Shown here: positions 32,233-40,958 of the stretch, piece by piece | How positions within the stretch are numbered: position 1 is the stretch's first letter | Layout of the letters: every line of letters starts with the position of its first letter | Assembly (NCBI GenBank): GCA_004764695.1 | Contig: SMSO01000031.1 | Span: 4,502,436-4,566,435, forward strand | Length of the DNA: 64,000 nt | From: Schizochytrium sp. TIO01 | Lineage: Eukaryota; Protista; Bigyra: Labyrinthulomycetes | Direction of reading: 5' to 3' | Translations under genes and position numbers: made by a program | The notes under the pieces: model-generated | Told to the model about the DNA's origin: nothing | The model's database searches: none | Seen by the model: the letters and a program-made list of their open reading frames with translations, nothing else

Positions 32233-34920
32233 TTAATGGTTGACTTGTGTATTATTCAACCTTCTTGATATAAAGTCATGTAACCCCCCCATATGTGATA
32301 CAAGAAGTATTTCCTCCGCAGACTCATGATCCTTATTATGACCAGAAGCAACGTTATGAGCAAGTTCATGGCAAAAGGTTACGTACCAGTAGCTTTCAAT
32401 ATATCTGCTGGGGTTTCGAGTTTGTAGCTGAACATGAGCGTACCGTGCATTAAAAAACAACTTGCCACCATAATTAAAAGCGATTCGTTCTGCATCTTCC
32501 CAGAATACACGTATACAAGAAGCGAGATCAGATATATTGAAGACAGATTTCGCTAGATCCGCTATGAATATTGCAAACTCTGACATGAATCTTGCTCGCT
32601 CCTGATTGCAACCAAGTGAGACAGCCATGTCTACATTTTCTCCTTCATGATATAGAGGTAGTACTGAATTCGGAAATGCAAGTGGTATTAGATTCATGGC
32701 ACTTTGGCCGGAGCAGTGCGATCTCTCAAATTGAAACGAAGCTGGGGCTCCGTTATGGCGAATGGCAGAGAGATATGGATCATTTGCTTGTTGAACTGTG
32801 CCATTGAAACAAGCTTGCAAAAGTGTCGCGTTGCTCTGAGACTCGCCTAATGCGACCCCGCGTTTCTGCTCTGGAATATCTTCTTCAACTGTCTCAATTT
32901 CGCTGGAATCTGAAGAGGGCTGTTTCGACTTATCCAAAGGTGCATGATTTTTTCTCTGTACAGACAAACTTGTAGGAGACTGTTCCGAAGAGTGAGGTAG
33001 ATTTGCGGAACAATTTAGACCATCCGAAGAAGAATGCACAGGATTGGGCAAGATTTGAACTGCATCAAGATCGCTAACTTGATGACGCATCATAGCGATC
33101 TTTTGCATCGCATCTAAGTCCATCGAGTATCCAACAACCTTTTGCAGACATATCTTTAAAGCCTCAGAATAGTAAAGCATCGTACAACCTCCTCCACAGT
33201 GAGTCTCATTCTGCTTTGGGTCAATACACTTTTTCCCAGAGCTGCAAGACTGCTTTTGTACCCACTTGTGAGTGGCTTCTGGGCTATCGAGCAAAACCAT
33301 ATCTATTGCATAAATTCGCTCATTCTGCTGATTCTTCCCTGGAACAACAAGGCGCTGATTCCCAGGTGGAAAACATTTATATACTAGCCTAGTATTCTTC
33401 AATGCTTTTTCGAACCAGGTAATACCTAAAGAACGAAAACGCTCAGCGGTCTCTTTTGCTTTCTCGTTCGGAGCAACCCAGTCCGGAAGATTATAGACTT
33501 GTTCTTCTGCTTTTGCCCAAAGCTTCACTACATCCGGGCAGTGTTGACTCATCTTCAGTAGTTTATACAATGGCTCCGGCACCTCAACAGGATTGAAGTT
33601 AAAGTACTCAGCATCCTGGGCTTCGTGGACGTCATTACTACGACTCACTCTCGAGCATACTGGATACGGCTCACGCACATTCGCATTCTGCTTTTTGAAA
33701 ATTGATACTAGCCCATCTGCTAGAAGATCATAGCAGCTCTTGCTAAATTCCCAGCTAGACAAATCTGCATCCTTGTCTTTCTGCATACCAGATCGCCACT
33801 GCGACCCCTCAAGGGCATCACGATACTGTATTAGACTGTCTGTTGAGATTTTGACATTACTAAGACTACCCACGTCTCCTGCGCCATCGGGCTTTGCAAG
33901 AATGTCATATAAAAACTGAACAAGCTTGCCAAAAGTGCTGTCTCGTTGTGTTTGGCTTCCTTCACTCTGATAATACAAACACTGAACCAGTATTGGAATC
34001 CACGCAATGAGATATCTAACAGTAATAGAGTCTCGGTCACGCGTGAAGTCGAACAATTTGTGAAGCTTCATTCCTGCCATAAAGTTCAGCCCAAGCCCTT
34101 TGATGTCTTTGCTCTTGCATACAAATATGCCCCGTGCAAAGACCTTGCCGTGATGCTCTTCGCTAAATAGCACCTCCAAGACGTCGTCACCCACTTTCGG
34201 TGTCGGTGGTTGCATAAAGAGATAGTTTTCTCTCGGCACTGATAGCTTCACCTTACTCGGGGCTAAGAGACACACTGAATGGTGGTTGCAATTATCACCA
34301 GTGTCTTTTGCTTCAAGAAACAGTTTGTTCTGGCTCGAACCGCCCTCTTTTTCATGGAAAAATCTCCAATGCATCCTTCCTGTAAAAACCTGAACGTCCA
34401 CATTCCTAGCGACAAGCCTGTTGATCTCAACTTTCATGCCTTCGCCATACGCCCCTGCAGCAGCCTTGCTTGTTTTTTGGCTAAAACCTAAGGTCAGTGC
34501 ATCTCTGTGGAGCACTGTTGAGAAATTGGTCAGTTCAATGTAGGTAGATTCTCCCAAGTTCTTCTCTAAAATGAAGCTTGCGGTTGTGTTACCTTGTTGA
34601 AGGGTTCGAACATGATACAACAGTCTTGTGTTCATATCTACTTGAATGTCCTGAACAAACGACGGCTCGCCTCCCAAAACCTCTAAGGTCCGATCGTACC
34701 AGTTTTGTACGAGTTCACGAACTGAGCTGAAGCCATCAATCCAACTCGCATATTGATCGTTCATGTTTAGATCAAAGCGCCCACTATCTGCAGACGTTTG
34801 TGTTGTCTGTTGTATATCATTCCGTACCAAAACGCGTTGTCCTCCGATGGCTTTAGTGAATAGGTCTTGAGTTTCTCGGTTTGTCCATCTTTCAAAGCTG
34901 ATGTGTTTCGGTTGGCTCAT
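32233..34920 (-). CDS. GHKL-type ATPase + Wss1/SprT-like zinc metalloprotease fusion protein, copy 3 (895 aa from first ATG, intact)
   Basis: Same motifs as copy 2. The ATG at 34920 (MSQPKH) is preferred over the TTG at 34992 because copy 2 has an in-frame stop in the equivalent upstream extension. Confidence 0.85.
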   Translation of the reverse strand: MSQPKHISFERWTNRETQDLFTKAIGGQRVLVRNDIQQTTQTSADSGRFDLNMNDQYASWIDGFSSVRELVQNWYDRTLEVLGGEPSFVQDIQVDMNTRLLYHVRTLQQGNTTASFILEKNLGESTYIELTNFSTVLHRDALTLGFSQKTSKAAAGAYGEGMKVEINRLVARNVDVQVFTGRMHWRFFHEKEGGSSQNKLFLEAKDTGDNCNHHSVCLLAPSKVKLSVPRENYLFMQPPTPKVGDDVLEVLFSEEHHGKVFARGIFVCKSKDIKGLGLNFMAGMKLHKLFDFTRDRDSITVRYLIAWIPILVQCLYYQSEGSQTQRDSTFGKLVQFLYDILAKPDGAGDVGSLSNVKISTDSLIQYRDALEGSQWRSGMQKDKDADLSSWEFSKSCYDLLADGLVSIFKKQNANVREPYPVCSRVSRSNDVHEAQDAEYFNFNPVEVPEPLYKLLKMSQHCPDVVKLWAKAEEQVYNLPDWVAPNEKAKETAERFRSLGITWFEKALKNTRLVYKCFPPGNQRLVVPGKNQQNERIYAIDMVLLDSPEATHKWVQKQSCSSGKKCIDPKQNETHCGGGCTMLYYSEALKICLQKVVGYSMDLDAMQKIAMMRHQVSDLDAVQILPNPVHSSSDGLNCSANLPHSSEQSPTSLSVQRKNHAPLDKSKQPSSDSSEIETVEEDIPEQKRGVALGESQSNATLLQACFNGTVQQANDPYLSAIRHNGAPASFQFERSHCSGQSAMNLIPLAFPNSVLPLYHEGENVDMAVSLGCNQERARFMSEFAIFIADLAKSVFNISDLASCIRVFWEDAERIAFNYGGKLFFNARYAHVQLQTRNPSRYIESYWYVTFCHELAHNVASGHNKDHESAEEILLVSHMGGLHDFISRRLNNTQVNH

Positions 34921-36983
34921 TTTGCTTGCTCGGGTTGTTGAAAGGGTGTCTGGTTGAGGCTTTAGTTTCTGAATATGCAAGCGTCTTTGCAATTGGGGTC
35001 TGCTGTCGGTGAGGGAAACTTGTTTGCCATGTTGATTAAGTCTACTTTATTCTAGCCCATGTAAAATAAGAATGCATTCTGTGCAGCTATGCTTTAATTA
35101 CAGAAAGTTTGTTGTTTCAAATAGCCAAAGTCAATTTAAGCTAATATAACCAATGATACAAGTAATTTTGTGCACACGCTGTATGTATCTTTAGGCGTTG
35201 CTCAAGGGTTGTAGGCTTTGGTTGAGCTTTAGTTCAACGTCAGGAATTGGGGTAAATGTATTTTGCCAAAGATTTTATGATTTGGGCAGGAAGAATTGTT
35301 TCAAGATGAACTCTGTTCCTTCAAAGTAGAAATTGATCCCGCCTTGTCCTCAAGAGTCTGACTGCGTCTTGCTCATTATTCGCGGTTTCAACCTTGACTC
35401 TTGGACTTATAGAGGCCTTAATAGCCCGTGCAAGGTTTTGCCGCGGGATTCGATCAGTAATGCTGCGCTAGACTCAAGGTTGCTGGTCGAGTTTTCCAGC
35501 ACATTTGTCAAAATCTCAAAAGCAATAGAAAGAGCTGTAGCAACAGCACCTGCATGTTTATCACATAAGATCGCAGTCAGTCAGTCGTGATCGCTACAAC
35601 AGCCATTGTGAAAATGGACCAAGTTCATTTTTTACCTCACTCTAAACTCCTCTGCTTCAATGCAATGTAATTTTGTTCACTGTGTCTCACTCAGCATACA
35701 ATAATTTAATGTTTTATATTTAATTTCAAATGTTATTTGAAAAAAAAAAACAAAAAAAAAAACGGATTGAACGTTGCATGTCTCCATTAATCTGTTCATT
35801 GAAGAAGTAACTCAGGTCAATATGAGAGGTTCCTATAAAAGCTCTCATTTCTATATCACTTTTAGTATCGGGCGATCTGAAATCCCTATGTAAACTTTGG
35901 ACAATATAAAATCGCATTCTTGTAACTCCCGAAGGTAGTGAGGCATGCACCATGACCGATGGCGTCAACTGTATTTTAGGATATGATTATGTAAGAATTT
36001 ATCAAGTCATCCAGTTTCAAACATGCAGACATGGAATTGGAAAAAGAAACCTTTTTTCATGGCTGCTGTAGCCCAAGTGATAAGAAATCGAGCATCTAAC
36101 AGTATGCACATAACAGCAGGTATCACGAAGTCAATTGTAGAAAACACCATAGATACCGCAGTACCACTAGCATTTATCTGTTAATTGTACTTGAAGAAAG
36201 CAACATGAGAGATCGCTTGGCTTGAGATGCTACCCATGGAACTATACCCAAGTTGAAGGACGCCTCAACTCTTAGTAAGAGTGAATAGCCTAGGTTGTTC
36301 GACACAGATATTAGTATTTACTAGAGAGGGGGTACCTACCTATATCAGCCAATACCGAGTTTACACTGGCTTAAAGTGGGTGTGTGTACCTTCCCCAGCT
36401 AACAAATTTTGTTTGCTGATTAGGCATAATGGTTCCCTAGTTACTACTTAGGCTACCAGTCTGAGTGGATGAGAAGATATGGGCATGAAACAGGTGCATC
36501 GTGCCTTCTCCTGGAAGCTTCTGGTACTACTTACTAACACTCCTTACTAACTTACATAGTAGGCACTGCAAAGGTCGAATCTTCGTTCTTAAAAGCGTAG
36601 CTCTAAGCTACATACTCTGGCCATCACCCACCAAAACCAGCTTGGCAGCCCATGCTACTTACTATACAGACACCATCGTATTTTGCGATGACCAGGCCAT
36701 TCAAAATCCGAAAGTGTATGGAGAGCTATCAAATGGGCTAGTAATCACAGTTCCAAGGCTCTCAGACAGAATTACTATTTATGTAAAAAAAGACTAAGTG
36801 ATCAGCGTTACCTTCTGAATGCTTAACACTTGGGAAACACTTCTGATGGGTTGGGGCGCGTACAAACTCAAGCATGCAAGGTAAAACCCAAATACAACAT
36901 TCAGGGAATGGCCAATATATATAGCAGCAGACTTTAGAGCTTCGAGAGGCATCCATTCTAGCTTCCATTAACCTCTATTTGCA

Positions 36984-37547
36984 ATGAAGAAATATGCTTC
37001 TCCTGTGGAAAGAATACTATTCGTACTTATCTACTGTACTCATTGCTTGAGGAGTTATGTTGTCCGTGGGTCCTGCGTTGATATGCTTGGGTATGATGCT
37101 ATGACTGAGTGGTGCTTCGAGGAAACTTTCTCGTGCTACACTACTGCTCTATGGTATGACGGTTTAATTGAATGCACATGTAAGGATGGCAGCATGTGCT
37201 TCATGTCGTCGACCAACACAACTCATGGTTGTCCATGTCTAGATTATGTGGCCCCTACTCCAGCCCCAACCTCGGCACCAACCTCCGACTCAACAGGAGA
37301 CGGCTTTAATCTACTGTATTTGATTATTATAGTGCCCGTGGGAGCCTTTCTCCTGTGTTGTGATTTAATCCCCAAGCTTCTTCGATGCTTGTTTCCTAAC
37401 CTATTCCAGCACGACGAGGATGTGGAGGCAAACAACTATTCTGTTGGCACTTGGCAATGGTTTGTCGTTTCTTATGGAGGTGTTCACCATGGAGATGGTG
37501 GCAGTGTTGGAAGTGGGGGCGGCGACGGCGGCGGTGGTGGCGATTAG
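36984..37547 (+). CDS. Small single-pass membrane protein: signal peptide, Cys-rich ectodomain, APT(P/S) stalk, TM helix, Gly-rich tail
   Basis: ATG start, hydrophobic N-terminus, 8 clustered Cys, APTPAPTSAPTS, LLYLIIIVPVGAFLLCC, C-terminal GGSVGSGGGDGGGGGD. No family recognised. Confidence 0.6.
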   Translation: MKKYASPVERILFVLIYCTHCLRSYVVRGSCVDMLGYDAMTEWCFEETFSCYTTALWYDGLIECTCKDGSMCFMSSTNTTHGCPCLDYVAPTPAPTSAPTSDSTGDGFNLLYLIIIVPVGAFLLCCDLIPKLLRCLFPNLFQHDEDVEANNYSVGTWQWFVVSYGGVHHGDGGSVGSGGGDGGGGGD

Positions 37548-38351
37548 AAAAATTACCTGACCGAAGCTCCTTATGAAGAACTTTGTATACTATGAATTTC
37601 ACCCAAAGACCGTGGTGCAACCCGCTTGCTAATGAGATATCCTATGAATAGCATAGGTAAAGTTATAACATGGAATCAACATTAGTTTATAAGGTTAAAG
37701 AACAGATTGATAAATTCATGAGCTAACTTTGAGTTCTACTCCATATCTCCAATACTATTAATTTGCAATGCATACAATGATATTCATCAAATTCTCTTGC
37801 AGAAAGCAACCGACATCGACGTTAAATTGTTTGCAGAAGCCTCTGACGACATCTAGATGGAAAGTCTAGCTTGGCAAATGTGCCTCGCAAGAATGTGTAG
37901 TAAGAAAGCAACCACCGTTGAGTGCAAATCCACCCATCGCGCAGTGCTATGCAGCTAATGAAACGAATATTCACCCTTATTTCAAATCATCAATGATTTG
38001 AAATTATATATTCAAATGCACATCATTGTTACTAATGACGCCCTGGTTTGTGTTGTTTTACAAGACGATTGAATTCCGATAGTTGCCTGCAGTAAATCTA
38101 TTAAATGTCTTTAGATTCCCGTATAAAAATCATACGCACGAGTAAGGAAAAGTCAAGTTGTATATAGATGGCCTATGCTGAGGCAACTACAAAAATAGAG
38201 ATCGAAGGAATCAGTGATTCAGGAAAGATGGCAATATGAGTAATAGCTAGTATTCGCACGAGTAAGTAATACAAAAGACCATTTGGTGACTCATCGTTAT
38301 GTGCTTTGGTCTGGTGTCTGGTAAACAGCAATTATAAAGGAGGGTATCCCA

Positions 38352-39755
38352 CTACTTGGTTTGAATGGCCCGCAGGCTTGAGGCCCAGGCACTTAGCGCC
38401 GCAAACTTGCGATTCATTGAAACATTTGTTGGGGGTTCTTCCCCATCCCCTAGAGAGGTCGATTTAGAGTCAACGTGCTCACTGTATTTCTCAAGAATGC
38501 CCAATCGCTGATCCACACGTGCACTGATACGGTGATCAAGAATGAGTTGGACCAGAATCTCTTCTACTTGGGCTGTAGTAACGTTGATTTCCCGAGCCAG
38601 AAAGTCCAAATGCACACGCTTGTAGGGGCGTACAATGATCATCAATACTTGGCTACGAATATTGTGGAGTAGATCATTAATGTAGCGCATGATGAACGGA
38701 TCATTGGCAATACCCAATTTTTGGTCATTGAGTAGACGTTCAAATTCCTTCACGTCGGAAGACTCATAAGCAGAACGCAATTCCATCATCGCCTTAATTT
38801 CTGGATCATCCTTGTATACTTTGGCCTCGCGACTATCGAATGGATTGATGTCCTTGAGTGCAATCATGTTCGCCAGGACTACATATTTGAGGCACTGCTT
38901 TGCCCGCGGGTTGCCTGCCTCCTGGTAGTTGCGAAAACTCTCAAAAAACTCATCATAAGCTTCAGACCAGGCCTCTTCCTCCATGCGCATTTTACCGCCT
39001 GCTTCTCGCAGGCCGCCAAAAATACGTGGGTCTTGAATGGCCGCTGACAAGGACTGAGTCTTCGGCCAAATTTCCTTTAATTTGGCCTTTTGCCGAGTGG
39101 CGCTGTACATGGCAATCTCCAGCGCGTAGACCTCCAAGAGATACGCGTCTCTGTTTGGATCATCCTTTGATTGACCTGTCTCTAGCGACTCATGCAGCGA
39201 TCCAATCACCTTTTCCAGAGCTACGTAGTCTCCCTGATCTAGCAGCATCTTGCCGAGTTTCAGGTTCGTGTTGAACCACAGCCTTTCGTTATTCGCGGCC
39301 CGAAGCACATCCAACGTAATTTCGTACATGCGGCCAAGCGAAATCTGCGCTCCTTGAGGTCCTGCACCTGCCGATACTGTATCAAGTACGTGATTGATTG
39401 TATCATTGCATTCATTCCGTGTCACTTTGTCCAAGCATCGTAGCAATTCCTGGTAAACTTCAAGCATTGATTCACCCTGACCTAATCTGTGGTGCAACAC
39501 CACCATGTGCTCTAGACTCTTGAACCGCCACTTAACTTCATCAGGGCGATTGTCCTTTTCCAGCTGGACAACCTTCTCAAACAATGAAAGAGCTGCTCGA
39601 GGATCGTCGCGGCGCTTGTCGTCAGCCTCGTAAAAGGCGTTTTCCACCTCGATAGCGTAGTCACTCTGGCCGCCGCCTTCTTCCTCTTCACCACCATCAG
39701 AGTATTGGTAGTCTCCGTCTTCGTCGTCGCTGTACACATACTCGTCGTCAGACAT
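38352..39755 (-). CDS. CSN2: COP9 signalosome subunit 2 (PCI domain)
   Basis: Acidic N-terminus, ENAFYEA, WRFKSLEHM, NNERLWFNTNLKLGK, LLEVYALEI, INPFDSREAKVYKDDPEI, C-terminal PCI helices. Confidence 0.95.
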   Translation of the reverse strand: MSDDEYVYSDDEDGDYQYSDGGEEEEGGGQSDYAIEVENAFYEADDKRRDDPRAALSLFEKVVQLEKDNRPDEVKWRFKSLEHMVVLHHRLGQGESMLEVYQELLRCLDKVTRNECNDTINHVLDTVSAGAGPQGAQISLGRMYEITLDVLRAANNERLWFNTNLKLGKMLLDQGDYVALEKVIGSLHESLETGQSKDDPNRDAYLLEVYALEIAMYSATRQKAKLKEIWPKTQSLSAAIQDPRIFGGLREAGGKMRMEEEAWSEAYDEFFESFRNYQEAGNPRAKQCLKYVVLANMIALKDINPFDSREAKVYKDDPEIKAMMELRSAYESSDVKEFERLLNDQKLGIANDPFIMRYINDLLHNIRSQVLMIIVRPYKRVHLDFLAREINVTTAQVEEILVQLILDHRISARVDQRLGILEKYSEHVDSKSTSLGDGEEPPTNVSMNRKFAALSAWASSLRAIQTK

Positions 39756-40958
39756 CTTGGACTTTGCGAGGCTTTATGACGAGAGGAACGAGAGCGACAG
39801 ATCGAGGGACAAATTGATGTGACGGATAGATAGATATTCTGAGAAAACGAAGGAAGCAATGCTTAGCGAGGCTGTTCTGCTCTGGAAAAGTAGAGAACAG
39901 CACAGCTTAGAAGCCTAGCGGCTGTCAGTTGCTGACGCACGACAAAGGTTGAAGAGCTTAGGAATGGAGAGAGAAGATCCTAAGGCAATTGTGATCGTTC
40001 GTTGTTTGTTTTTTAATCAACATGACTTTTATTGTTGTTGCTATCTAAGACTCCTAGCTATGGCTAGCCTAGTATTGATGCCAACATTGTATCTCAAGCA
40101 CCATATGCCCGATCTAGACATATCTGGAATTATGATTGATAAGCAAAAGAAATACAAAAAGAAAGCATGTGAAGACAATCACTCACGACTTCGATGTCCT
40201 TACGTACAATTTCTTAAATGAACTTAATTAAGCAGTACAGGAATAACCTTTTCTGACCGCGCTGAGCACAGATCTATGGGAACTACATTTGTTCATAAAC
40301 TGCGGAAATAATGGAGACTGGCCACTAGACATCGTGTCAAACACTCAATATCACACTTGATTATTCAGCAAAAAAAATATAGGACATAGTCAACCTAGCG
40401 AAGACTCGCAAAAGCGCTCTCTGAACTACTAAATAAAACGAATTGTCTTTAAACCTTGCTTGGCAATGACAATAGTCCTTATTGGGATAGAGCGTTAACT
40501 TGACAATCAAACAGAATGAGGACTATTGAACTAGCTAGCAGACGTAATTATTAATATCGCGCAGACATGGAAATACTGAGACCTGAAACGTGGTCGCGAA
40601 GCCCAAGAGCAACCTACCATGGGACTGGACGGTGGAAACCTTTTCAAAGCTTTGTATTGCAAGTAGTTAACGCAACAACCTTTATTCGATCCCTTTCTAG
40701 TATGTATTGATTTAAACTACTTGACGCAAGCAATTTGACAAAACGCGAGGATTCTGAGATATTTCCAGAATCTTCAACGCTCCATTAAACAAAGGGAAGT
40801 ATGATAGAGCATCAAAAGAACGATATAACAATCAAAATCAATTTTCACCGGACAAAGGTTATGCAGTAAATTAAAATTCCAAATGCAAGGAGTTTCAATG
40901 GGAAAACATTGAAGATGTACTTTTTGAGATGCGCACAAGACACAGCTTAGGGCTATGC

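Noticed and set aside
23536-34920. The array as a transposon or integrated virus
   Set aside because: No transposase, integrase, reverse transcriptase, capsid genes, terminal repeats or target-site duplications seen; tandem duplication explains it.
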